Of a stretch of 62,152 nt of DNA, positions 53,417 through 62,152 are shown piece after piece. Made by a program: the position numbers and the translations under genes. Under the pieces are notes generated by a model, which saw nothing but the letters and a program-made list of their open reading frames with translations, was not told the origin of the DNA and did no database searches. Source of the DNA: a virus (taxonomy: Duplodnaviria > Caudoviricetes); the IMG/VR virus record IMGVR_UViG_3300035523_000151, positions 1 to 62,152 of that record; one strand, 5' to 3'. Numbering within the stretch: the first letter of the stretch is position 1; every line of letters starts with the position of its first letter.

Positions 53417-54310
53417 TTACGCCGCCTTAACCCTGGGCAACGACACCAATCCGCCCGTGATCCACCGCAGCAGGATCGGCACCCGGCGACACCGGCACCC
53501 GGGGTGAGTGGAGATCACCGGCAGCGGCCCTTCGCCGCGGCGGTAGACCCCCGAGTACCCAGGTACCGCACCGGATGCACCGCCCGCGGCGATGCCGAGG
53601 CATTCTTCCTCGACCCGTTCATCCTGAGCAGTGAGCCACAAATCAAAGATCTGCTCCGTGATGATCCGCTGAGCCTGAGTCACCATATCATCGTAGCCGG
53701 CGTCGGCGGCTTTGATGGTCTCGGTCCGGGCAATCAGCGTGGCCCGTGCGTTCAGGGTCTTGAATGGGCGCTTGAGGCCCTCCTGGGTCAGTCCGGTGCC
53801 GGCGATCCGCTTCGCCATCTGCGGGATGGACTCACCCCGAACGGCGCTGATCACCAGTTGATTCCGAATCCGCTCCAGGACGTCCGAGGTAACCTTGCCG
53901 GCCAGCTGGGGCAGATTGCCGAACAAACCGGACACCATGCCGTGATTGATCAGGCCGAAATTCCCTTCCAACCCGATCAGCGCCGGCGCCAGGGTCCGGT
54001 CGGCAGTCAGGGCGCCCACGGTCAGGCGCTGGCCGACCTCCCAGCCCTGGGTGATGAACCCGAGGCGCAGGTCGGCGGACTCGCGCGTGAAGGGCTGCAG
54101 CACCTGGTCAATCCCTTGCAAGACCCGCTCCACGTGCTGCAGTTCCATCTGGGTCATCTGGCCATACTGCTCGATCAGCTGCTGCAGCGTCTCGACCCGA
54201 GCCCGCTCGTACAGATCCGCGAGAGTAATAGCGGCTTCCCGTTCGAGCTTGTTACGGGCCCTCATGAACGCGTTAATGCGGCGGAGCAGATCCTCCTCGA
54301 GCGCACTCAT
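53417..54310 (-). CDS. Minor head protein (Mu gpF/SPP1 gp7-like)
   Basis: RATLIARTE, WLTAQDERV...C, HPGCRC. Confidence 0.85.
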   Translation of the reverse strand: MSALEEDLLRRINAFMRARNKLEREAAITLADLYERARVETLQQLIEQYGQMTQMELQHVERVLQGIDQVLQPFTRESADLRLGFITQGWEVGQRLTVGALTADRTLAPALIGLEGNFGLINHGMVSGLFGNLPQLAGKVTSDVLERIRNQLVISAVRGESIPQMAKRIAGTGLTQEGLKRPFKTLNARATLIARTETIKAADAGYDDMVTQAQRIITEQIFDLWLTAQDERVEEECLGIAAGGASGAVPGYSGVYRRGEGPLPVISTHPGCRCRRVPILLRWITGGLVSLPRVKAA

Positions 54311-55005
54311 CAGGTCACCCCGCGATTCAGCCGAACCAGGAACTCGGCGTGGCACGCATCGGCCAGTTTCTGCAGGGCGTCCGGATCCAACATCTTGACC
54401 ATTTGCATATTGCCGATGGCTCTGACCTCAAACTGCGTCGGTCGAATTCCGCGCTCCAGCACCACGGAACGGTACACCTGATAGACCGCTTCGAGCACGA
54501 CGAGCCGCCAATCCGGCTGCGGTACCGTCGTTTGGCCGTTGGTGTCGCTGATGGCATGGAGCCGGTAGCATTTGGCCTCCAGGCTACCGGCTGTGGTTGG
54601 AGCCGGATCGATCACCAGCGTCGGGGGATACCCTGGATACACCGTATACGTGGGTAGGGGCGGCTGCGGCATGATCGGACGGGTGACCTTAGGAGCCGGA
54701 GCACTGCCCCAAAGGCTGCTGCGCAGCCCATAGCCGCGCCCGTCGTAGACATTAATCGGGGTAAACTGCGCCTGCGTGAGGATAGCCCACGTCACGGGCT
54801 CCATGCGAACGAAGTCTGCCGGCAGGTTCACGGTGTTCTGGCCGGCCGTCCAGGTGATCGTCAAAGGGGCCAACCGCGGGCGGAGTTCGGAATACGCCTG
54901 CACCGCATCATCCAGGCCCTGCGCCAGGTCATCGGCAGAACACTCCGCCTGGACGGTCCGCAGCTTCTTCTGCAGTTGGCTGATCAGGTCTGATCTCGCG
55001 CCCAC
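54310..55005 (-). CDS. Putative head-tail adaptor
   Basis: Position after the capsid genes. Confidence 0.55.
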   Translation of the reverse strand: MGARSDLISQLQKKLRTVQAECSADDLAQGLDDAVQAYSELRPRLAPLTITWTAGQNTVNLPADFVRMEPVTWAILTQAQFTPINVYDGRGYGLRSSLWGSAPAPKVTRPIMPQPPLPTYTVYPGYPPTLVIDPAPTTAGSLEAKCYRLHAISDTNGQTTVPQPDWRLVVLEAVYQVYRSVVLERGIRPTQFEVRAIGNMQMVKMLDPDALQKLADACHAEFLVRLNRGVT

Positions 55006-55023
55006 AGTTGTTCCCTCCTCGTG

Positions 55024-55392
55024 TTACGCCGACTCGCCGCCGAGGTTGGGATGATCGCCGGCCGGCGCCAGGGTCCGGCTGGCATCGATAAGGTCCAAGA
55101 CCTCCTCCTTGGGCGTGTTGGTGGCGAACTGGAGGCCCTGAATCCGGGCCCAGGCCTTCAGGTCAACTGCCTTCATCGCCTCCAGAGCGGACCGATCCGG
55201 CCAGTCCTTTGGGTCCAACTTGGCAGAGACAGAGGCGCCCTGGGCGGGCGCCTCCTGCTGCTTCGCGGGCTCGGTCGGGAGATAGTCGCCGTTGGCGTCC
55301 ACCTCGCGGCCGGGATAGAACTCGCCCGAGTGGATGATGGAGTTGCCGAAACCCTTGTGGACGATGACCTTACCCGTTTCATTCCACGGCAT
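55024..55392 (-). CDS. Rho-N/HeH-like small protein after the capsid gene
   Basis: LEAMKAVDLKAWARIQGL...KEEVLDLI. Confidence 0.6.
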   Translation of the reverse strand: MPWNETGKVIVHKGFGNSIIHSGEFYPGREVDANGDYLPTEPAKQQEAPAQGASVSAKLDPKDWPDRSALEAMKAVDLKAWARIQGLQFATNTPKEEVLDLIDASRTLAPAGDHPNLGGESA

Positions 55393-55406
55393 CAGTCATC
55401 GCCTCC

Positions 55407-58361
55407 TTAGGCCTTCAGCTTGATGGTCCGGTAGTACGGGTTCAGGGTGGTGCCGGCCTGGTTGCGCACCTCAGGGGTGACCATGGCGTCCCAGCCCTCC
55501 ACGTACCACTGCTGGCCGGGCAAGATCTTGCCGGCGGCATCGTAGGACGGGAACGGGCCCTGAGGGGCCAGGGGGTCACGAACGGCGAACTTCGTCGCGT
55601 TGACCCGGCCCAGGAGAATGCGGCCGTCGCCGGCGTCCCACTGGGTATTATGCTTGGCGTAGTCGACGCCGTTCCGGCTGGCCACGAAGTTGCCGGTGTT
55701 GGGATTCAACACAACACCCTTGGGGCTGTTGAGCTGGTAGAACACGTCAGCCTGGATGGCATACTCCATCGCCGTCAGGCTGCCCAGGGCGATGTTCGGC
55801 TCCCGATAGCGCGGGTGCTTGGCCATCAGCGCGGCCTGCATGCCAATCAGGCGGAGCAGGGAGCTGTAGTGCTTGGCTTCCTCGCCCGTGGTGGTCGGAG
55901 TCAGCGTCCACGTCGTGAAGTTCGTGGCGTAGCTGTAGTCGATCACGCAGTCAGCAGTGCCGGGCGTGATGGTGAAACCGTCGCTGACGTGCAGGTAGCC
56001 ATTCTCGTAATCGACCGCGAACCCGGTGGCGTTGGCGCCGGCAGCGTCGACGATGGAAACGGTGCCGTCATCGTTCTTGCGCAGGTCGCAGTGCGCAACG
56101 GCGGCGCCGTTGATGGTGACGGTGAACGGGTTTTCCGCGACGGTCGTGGCCTGCCCGTTGCCGGCGTAGCTGGTGTACGTGCGGGGCCGAACCGCCGGAC
56201 GGTCGGTGTTGGTAGCCGTAAGAGCACCGGTGGCACCACCCCGGCGGAGCGTGACCTTGTACTTCACGTTGGTGGCATCGGTGACAGTGGCGAGTTCACC
56301 CGCGGCCACGGTTTCATCCGCAACGGCAACGGCGCCATAGGCATCAGACGCCCGCAGCATCTCGTTACCGGCATCCCGGTTGATGACCCGGCGCACCTCG
56401 GCCATGATGTGGTACAGCGCCCGGGCGCTCGCGTTGTACTTGAGCGGGCCGGAAGACATGCCGCGCTGGGTATCGTTGGAGATTTCGGTCATGATCCGCC
56501 GCGGGGAAGCAGTGAACGGAATCCAGACGGTCTTGACCTTGCCGCTGGCCATGGGCTGCATCTCGCCCGTCCGGTGAGTCACAGAGCCGGAGGACTCGTA
56601 GTACTCGACCGGCACCGTGTAGGTGTCGCCCTCGAAAACGTCGGTGCCCACGAACTGGAGCATATCAGCGTCACCGAAGGCTTGCTCCAGCAGAGCCCGC
56701 TGGACGATGATCTGGTTCCAGAGATCGGCAGTGGTGATGCTGTCCTGAATCGACTCCCAGGCGTTCGCCGCATCCAGCAGCGCTTTGGCGTTGGCGATGT
56801 CGAACTTGCGGAGGAGCTTGTCAACGAAGGGCTTATTCGTCTTCCGCAGCTCCGCGTCCGGCCGGGTGCCGAACATGGTGAGCTGGTGATCATCGAAGGC
56901 GGCCCGCAGGTTATCGACGATCGGCTGCCACGGCCGCGCCTGGCCGGTCACGTCCACGGTATGGAGCGTGGCGCCGTTGGCACCACCGCGATACCCGAGA
57001 CTGGTCAGGATGCCGCCGGTCAGGAAACTGTCGGCGATGGCAAGGCGATCCCGCAGCTGAGCCTCAGCGGTCGCCTTGTCGGCGCAGTCGGTCAGGGCCG
57101 TGGCGACGTTGTCCAGCAGCGCGGACGGGTACCGGCCGGCGGTGCGCAGGGCAGCGATCTGCTCCTTGACGAAGGTAGCGGCCTCGGACCGCGCCCGGGT
57201 CCGGGCTTCCTCGGCCTGCCGGGCAGATTCCGCCTGCCGGTTCAGGGCATCGGTAACGGCCTGGTTAACCACGTCGGCCGGGATGGTGGCGGCTGCCGGA
57301 GCAGACGCCTGCAACGGCATGGCCAGGGCATCCGTCATGGCGGTACGGATCTCGGCGTCCAGGGTGGAGTCGGTCAGGGCGACAGCGAGTTCACGCCGGC
57401 CGTCTGAAGTGGCGGCCATGGCCTTGACCATACCAAGCGTCCATTTCACGGTGGAGCCCTCCTTCTGGGGGTTCTGAATCGCAGCCGGGGCCGGGGCCTT
57501 GCCATGCACAGAATCGGTAATGGCCTGCATCTGGACGGAGTCCAGCACGGCCACCGGCACGGCATCGGGGATCGCCGGGTTCGGAACCCGGTCCCAGGTC
57601 TCCAGGTCCATCAACAGGGGTACCTTGACCTGGCGGCCGTCCGTCAGCGGCACCAGCCGGATGTCGCCGCCATACGCCCGGGTAGAGAAAAACACCGGGC
57701 GGCCGGCCCGCAGGTCGTCAGCCAACCGGCGGCCGGGCTCAGTGTTCTCAATCACTCTGGCGTCGACCAGGACATCGCCGCCCGCCATGAACGCCCGCTC
57801 AGGCTCCAGGATGGCGCGGGCCGGAGTCTGGCGAAACCGCTTGCGCCGAGGATTGGCCGGGTCGGTCTGATCCATCGGCGGGTGCAGTTCCTCGCCGGAC
57901 ACCCGGTGACCGGACCGGAGGAGAGTGGCAAGCCGGTTGACGGCGTCGGTCAGGATCTCGGGCAGGAATACCCGCTCGTTCAACGAGATAACACCGGCCT
58001 CAGTGCCCTTGAACCGGAACCGCAGGGGCTTGCCGGGGGCGGCGTCCAGGAGCGCCACCACGGCGGTGGAGCCGCGCACAACGCTGTCAGACATACCCTC
58101 GGCCATCATGCCGGCGGTCTGCGACATCATGCCGTTGTCGTAGGGCATGAAATCGTAGGTGCTGATGTTCAGATGACCGGCCCTGGTTTGCAAGGCCGCC
58201 ATAAGCGCCGAACGCTCAACATCCGACAGCGGCGCTTCGGTGATCCGGAGATAACACGTGCGGAGTTCGTCAGCGCTGGCGCATTTGCCGATGGCCTCAA
58301 CGGTCAGCGGCATCGGTTCCGACGCTTCGTCAAGGATCGGGAACCATTCGGTATCACGCAT
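55407..58361 (-). CDS. Fused prohead protease-scaffold-major capsid protein (984 aa)
   Basis: Protease motifs NERVF, GEELHP, FSTRAYG, LETWDRVPNPA; helical scaffold; C-terminal capsid-like domain; no separate MCP gene present. Confidence 0.75.
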   Translation of the reverse strand: MRDTEWFPILDEASEPMPLTVEAIGKCASADELRTCYLRITEAPLSDVERSALMAALQTRAGHLNISTYDFMPYDNGMMSQTAGMMAEGMSDSVVRGSTAVVALLDAAPGKPLRFRFKGTEAGVISLNERVFLPEILTDAVNRLATLLRSGHRVSGEELHPPMDQTDPANPRRKRFRQTPARAILEPERAFMAGGDVLVDARVIENTEPGRRLADDLRAGRPVFFSTRAYGGDIRLVPLTDGRQVKVPLLMDLETWDRVPNPAIPDAVPVAVLDSVQMQAITDSVHGKAPAPAAIQNPQKEGSTVKWTLGMVKAMAATSDGRRELAVALTDSTLDAEIRTAMTDALAMPLQASAPAAATIPADVVNQAVTDALNRQAESARQAEEARTRARSEAATFVKEQIAALRTAGRYPSALLDNVATALTDCADKATAEAQLRDRLAIADSFLTGGILTSLGYRGGANGATLHTVDVTGQARPWQPIVDNLRAAFDDHQLTMFGTRPDAELRKTNKPFVDKLLRKFDIANAKALLDAANAWESIQDSITTADLWNQIIVQRALLEQAFGDADMLQFVGTDVFEGDTYTVPVEYYESSGSVTHRTGEMQPMASGKVKTVWIPFTASPRRIMTEISNDTQRGMSSGPLKYNASARALYHIMAEVRRVINRDAGNEMLRASDAYGAVAVADETVAAGELATVTDATNVKYKVTLRRGGATGALTATNTDRPAVRPRTYTSYAGNGQATTVAENPFTVTINGAAVAHCDLRKNDDGTVSIVDAAGANATGFAVDYENGYLHVSDGFTITPGTADCVIDYSYATNFTTWTLTPTTTGEEAKHYSSLLRLIGMQAALMAKHPRYREPNIALGSLTAMEYAIQADVFYQLNSPKGVVLNPNTGNFVASRNGVDYAKHNTQWDAGDGRILLGRVNATKFAVRDPLAPQGPFPSYDAAGKILPGQQWYVEGWDAMVTPEVRNQAGTTLNPYYRTIKLKA

Positions 58362-58433
58362 ATCGGCGTTCGCCTCCTCTCGAAATGCCGGGTCGGATGG
58401 GCGAGTCCGGCGATCTCGCCCGGGGCACGGCGC

Positions 58434-59984
58434 TCATTCGACCACCTCCCCGGTATCCAGGCCGCCGCCAGGGGCAGCCTTCATTCCGCCGCCTCCGGGT
58501 TTGTCCTGCCCAGCCCCGGTCTGCCCGGCAGCGAAGGTTCGGTCGGCGGCAGCCGATGCGTCTTCACGTGCTTTGCGCTCTTCCTTGAGGAGCAGAAGCT
58601 CTGCCTCGGCGCTCTCCAGACCGAGCGTGTTGGCGACCATCTCCAGGGCCGTTCGATGGCTGATCAGGCCGGACACCCGCAGCTTGTCGATCGACTCGGT
58701 AAAGGCGATCTGGGCTTTCGTGAGCTTCAGCGGCCAAGCCGGCTGATAGGTGACCAACGCCGGATTGATGCCGGCCAGAGCGAGGGCGAAGTCACAGACT
58801 GCCTTGAGCCCACTGTACAGCCCGCCGTCGCCGTGCCAGAGCAAGTGCCGCACACCCTTGAGGAACTCCTGGTATTCGTCCTGCTGGACTTCCAGGATGT
58901 CCCGGTTGATGTCCTCACCCCAGCCCATCAGCGACTTGGGCTTACCCAAACGGCCCATGTAGGCGTTCTGGAGATGCTTGACGTCATCGATGTGGCCGAG
59001 GTTCACGTCGCCGCCTTCGACGGTGGTAATCTTGATCTTGCCACTGGTGACGTAGTCGGTAACGGTCTGACCGGTGGACGGATCCGGGCAGTTTTTTACC
59101 CGGTAATCCTCGTCCTCGCCGGTCCCCAGCGTATACTGATCGTTACCGATCTGGTGATGTCGAGGCAGTGTCGCCCGCGACCGCCGGCGCACCACCATGT
59201 CATTTTCGGACATCTGCAGGAACCGCCCGAGGCCACGGGACTGCAGGTACTGGCTGCGGCCATGGGTAGCGCCCCGAGTCGGACGATAGTCCCAGCGAAT
59301 CCAGTTGACTTGCCACAGCGCAAACCAGGCTTCTTCGGTGCGCAGCTGCAGGTCGATTTGACGGAACGCCCGCATGGGATCAGGAAACTGCCCGCGGCTG
59401 TCAACGTTCGGGTCCATGGTCAGCGTGGGCAGCGGCTGGAGGCGGTAGATCCGCCCATCCAGGAGCACAGGCGACAGGTACAGCTCGCCATCCTCCAGGA
59501 GGCCGGACACCATCCCCGGCCCGGTGCCATTAATATCGGTGTCGCCGAAAAGGGCGTCGATCACATCCTGCGCCTGAGCGACCAGGGACTCCGACGTACC
59601 CTCGGCGGCCTTGACCTGCACCCGGAGGCCGGCAGAGCCGAACACGTCGCGGCCGATGTCCTGGTTCGACGTGGCAATACGGCCGTCACTGTCTACGAGG
59701 TGGCGAACGTCGTCGCCGATGGCCTCCCGGTCGTAGCGCAACTGCACCAAGTTGACCTCATGGTAAGCCGCCGATTCAACCGCACTGCCGGTGGCGGTGC
59801 CGTTCGTACTGATCGCACCGGGCGGCGCTGGCGGTTCGGCCGTATTCTTGCCGGCCTGGCCGCCCGGGTCGGAACGGCGCTGAGGGCTGAACCAGCCCTG
59901 AAACGTCGTCAGGATCCGCTGAATCAGCCCCTGCGGCGGCAGGGGCGGAGGCGGGGGCATCTGCAGCGGGAGCGTCATGTGCAA
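58434..59984 (-). CDS. Portal protein
   Basis: Between TerL and capsid; GLLEDGELYL, HGRSQY, VVRRRSRA, DDVKHLQ, GLISHRTALE. Confidence 0.75.
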   Translation of the reverse strand: MHMTLPLQMPPPPPLPPQGLIQRILTTFQGWFSPQRRSDPGGQAGKNTAEPPAPPGAISTNGTATGSAVESAAYHEVNLVQLRYDREAIGDDVRHLVDSDGRIATSNQDIGRDVFGSAGLRVQVKAAEGTSESLVAQAQDVIDALFGDTDINGTGPGMVSGLLEDGELYLSPVLLDGRIYRLQPLPTLTMDPNVDSRGQFPDPMRAFRQIDLQLRTEEAWFALWQVNWIRWDYRPTRGATHGRSQYLQSRGLGRFLQMSENDMVVRRRSRATLPRHHQIGNDQYTLGTGEDEDYRVKNCPDPSTGQTVTDYVTSGKIKITTVEGGDVNLGHIDDVKHLQNAYMGRLGKPKSLMGWGEDINRDILEVQQDEYQEFLKGVRHLLWHGDGGLYSGLKAVCDFALALAGINPALVTYQPAWPLKLTKAQIAFTESIDKLRVSGLISHRTALEMVANTLGLESAEAELLLLKEERKAREDASAAADRTFAAGQTGAGQDKPGGGGMKAAPGGGLDTGEVVE

Positions 59985-60004
59985 TCACCGTCCTGTTCAA
60001 GGCG

Positions 60005-61624
60005 TCAAGAAGGCCGGCGCCTCAGCGCCGGCGGGAGAATGGAGCGAGCGAGGGACGCAGGCACAGCCGGGGAGCGGCCTGCCAGCTGATCCATGGTGGC
60101 CGTGGTGGCAGCAGGGATCGGGCCGATACTTCCCTGGCTCATCTTGTTCAGGGCCTGGGTCGCAGCGTCGGCCTGATCGTCGTTCGCGCCGTTAGGAAAC
60201 CCGGCGCACTCCTCGATGAACCCCTCCACCCAGATAAACAAGGCCGGATGGGGTAGGTAAACGTTGCCGGACTCGATCTCCGGAGAGGCCGCCTGTGTCC
60301 GAGGAATTTTGCCGCCGTCCGGCTGAATCGGAATGAGCCCGGCAACCTTGTGCCGTAACATGGAGATCACGGCCGAACCGTTTGCCTTATCCTCAATCCA
60401 CTTTGCCCGGGCCTCTGGCCAAGACACCGACATCCGTTCGACAGCGGCGATCGTCTCAGGAAAGCTGTAGCGTCCACGCGCTTGATGCAGTAAAAACTTG
60501 TCAGCCGCCTTACGGCCCCAGACCTGACCGACAACAAAGTCCGGGGGTTTGGACCCCCGGGCGGACTCCTCATCCTTGAAGTTCATGTCCCAGGACTGCG
60601 CCATCTCGTCGAACCGCTCCGGTAGCTCTACAGCTTCGACCATGCGGATCTCACCGTCTGGCATCACCACCGGCACGGGTGGCAGTTCCACACCTCTAGG
60701 GCGCCAGTATCGCCACATGTGCCGCTTCAGGATGCTGCCGCCGGGCGGGCTGGGCCGTTGCTGATACTGACCAGCGTAACCCTGAGCGCCCAGGGCAGTC
60801 TGAGCGTCAGCCAGTTCCTTCGGCCCTTCCCGCTCGGGCCACAAGATATCGCCGGGCTCTCGAATGATCTCCCGGCCGCTGATCGGCATTACGACAATCG
60901 TCCGCTTCTCCGCTTCAGCTGGCAGGCATAAGTGCTCCCAGCCGGCTTCTTTGGCCAGGAGGTGACCTGTCGTATCGGACTCGTGTAGCCGCTGCATGAC
61001 CAGAACGATCGCGCCGCGCCTCTTATCGTCCAGGCGAGTATAGAACGTCCCATCGAACCAGGTATTGGCGCCCTCGCGCTGGAGATCCGAAACCGCCGCT
61101 TTGGGGTTCAGCGGATCATCGGCGACGAGGATGTCGCCGCCCTTGCCGGTGGCGGTACCGCCGACCGAGGTGGCGATCATGTGACCCCGATGGTCGTTCA
61201 TGTACTCGGTCTTGAGGTTGGCGTCACCCCGCAGCTGGTAGCGATCGCCCCAGCGCTGCCGGTACCAGGCCGACTGGATGATCGTGCGGCGGTCTACGCT
61301 GTGCTTCGTCGACAGGCTCTGCGAGTACGAGGCAAACAGCCAGCGCAGTTCCGGCCGCTTGATCCAACTCCATGTCGGCCAGTCCACGGAGGCCATGATG
61401 GATTTCATGTTCCGTGGGGGCAGGTTGATAATCAGACGCCGGATCTGGCTCATAGTCACGGCCTCGAGGTACTCGCTGATGGCATCGATGTGCCAGTTAT
61501 GTAGGTACTCGGTGCCAGGCTCGATCACCGGCCAGGCCGGCCGAATATAATCCGCCAGATGACGGCCGGCCTTCTCGGTTTGGATCTCGTCGAGCGTAGG
61601 GAGCCGCCGCTGCGGATTCGGCAT
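60005..61624 (-). CDS. terL: Terminase large subunit
   Basis: LIINLPPRNMKS, LVADDP, VMQRLHESD, GQYQQRP, QSWD, IEDKANG, FPNGANDDQADA. Confidence 0.95.
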   Translation of the reverse strand: MPNPQRRLPTLDEIQTEKAGRHLADYIRPAWPVIEPGTEYLHNWHIDAISEYLEAVTMSQIRRLIINLPPRNMKSIMASVDWPTWSWIKRPELRWLFASYSQSLSTKHSVDRRTIIQSAWYRQRWGDRYQLRGDANLKTEYMNDHRGHMIATSVGGTATGKGGDILVADDPLNPKAAVSDLQREGANTWFDGTFYTRLDDKRRGAIVLVMQRLHESDTTGHLLAKEAGWEHLCLPAEAEKRTIVVMPISGREIIREPGDILWPEREGPKELADAQTALGAQGYAGQYQQRPSPPGGSILKRHMWRYWRPRGVELPPVPVVMPDGEIRMVEAVELPERFDEMAQSWDMNFKDEESARGSKPPDFVVGQVWGRKAADKFLLHQARGRYSFPETIAAVERMSVSWPEARAKWIEDKANGSAVISMLRHKVAGLIPIQPDGGKIPRTQAASPEIESGNVYLPHPALFIWVEGFIEECAGFPNGANDDQADAATQALNKMSQGSIGPIPAATTATMDQLAGRSPAVPASLARSILPPALRRRPS

Positions 61625-61636
61625 CCGAGCCGCCCC

Positions 61637-62152
61637 CTACTCTGGTTTAGGCTCGTCGACCACCGGCCGGCTGGCCAGGGTGAGCAGCCCTTCCAGTTGG
61701 GCCAGTTCCTCGTCCGACAGAGCCTTGAGGTCGACCGTTGCCGCCACGGGTATCGGCCCGCCGCCGGGGCCGGAATGCTCCGCGCTCACCCGCTCCCGGA
61801 ACTTCTCAGGTCGGGCGCCCTTGAGGAGGAAGATCAGCAGGGTGTCGCTGAACCGGCGGACGGCGCCGACCTTCTTGCCGCCCTGGTAGACCGGCTCATT
61901 CACACCGGCCATCGCCCGCCGGCGAGCCTCGGCCTCCATGTCATCAGCGGCCTGCTCCTCGGCATCCGCCCATGCAGCAGCGAACTCGGGCTCCTCTGCC
62001 TTCCAGCGATATGCGGTGTCCCGACTGATTCCGGCCCCGGCAGCGGCGGCTGTGACGGTGCCCAACTCGGCCAGGAGACGCAGGAACCGCTGCCGCCTCG
62101 TCTCTGGTTTGCCTTTTTTAGCTGTCCGCTTTGTCGGGCGCTTCCCTGCCAC
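61637..62152 (-). CDS. terS: Terminase small subunit
   Basis: FLRLLAELGTVTAAAAGAGISRDTAYRW...EAEARRRA...SDTLLIFLLKGARPEKFRE. Confidence 0.85.
   Translation of the reverse strand: MAGKRPTKRTAKKGKPETRRQRFLRLLAELGTVTAAAAGAGISRDTAYRWKAEEPEFAAAWADAEEQAADDMEAEARRRAMAGVNEPVYQGGKKVGAVRRFSDTLLIFLLKGARPEKFRERVSAEHSGPGGGPIPVAATVDLKALSDEELAQLEGLLTLASRPVVDEPKPE

Larger units (their letters stand above)
1..62152. mobile_element. Temperate siphovirus-type prophage/phage genome
   Basis: Integrase, repressor, replication, lysis, non-contractile tail (tape measure, Dit, Tal, no sheath), head and terminase modules; att sites not visible. Confidence 0.95.

Overview
This window is an apparently near-complete, GC-rich temperate siphovirus-type (pro)phage. 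Its host is most likely a high-GC spore-forming Bacillota; this is inferred from AGGAGG RBSs, a SigH homologue, sigmaH-like promoters, Spo0A-like boxes and a Cu-amine-oxidase-N domain gene. The left end holds a large serine integrase and the immunity region. From 4.3 to 29.9 kb (+) is a long early operon: SbcD and a split SbcC, tRNA-Pro, an SLT, a replication initiator, DnaB, two DNA MTases, RuvC and SigH. An accessory region spans 29.9-34.6 kb. From 34.7 to 62.1 kb (-) lie the lysis, tail, head and packaging genes, converging on the early operon. The main candidate novelty is two distinct cassettes, each pairing an HTH-less TPR protein with a small secreted propeptide (2392-3399 and 32777-33875; the peptide genes are absent from the ORF track). 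They resemble RRNPP/arbitrium-type communication systems. Cassette 1 lies inside the immunity region, and its promoter carries the same operator, in the same geometry, as the main early promoter, plus sigmaH-like and Spo0A-like sites. The second candidate is a cluster of strongly structured non-coding segments around the tRNA (9.6-11.2 kb), including a ~900-nt candidate large ncRNA. All product calls come from motif recognition by eye; no searches were run.
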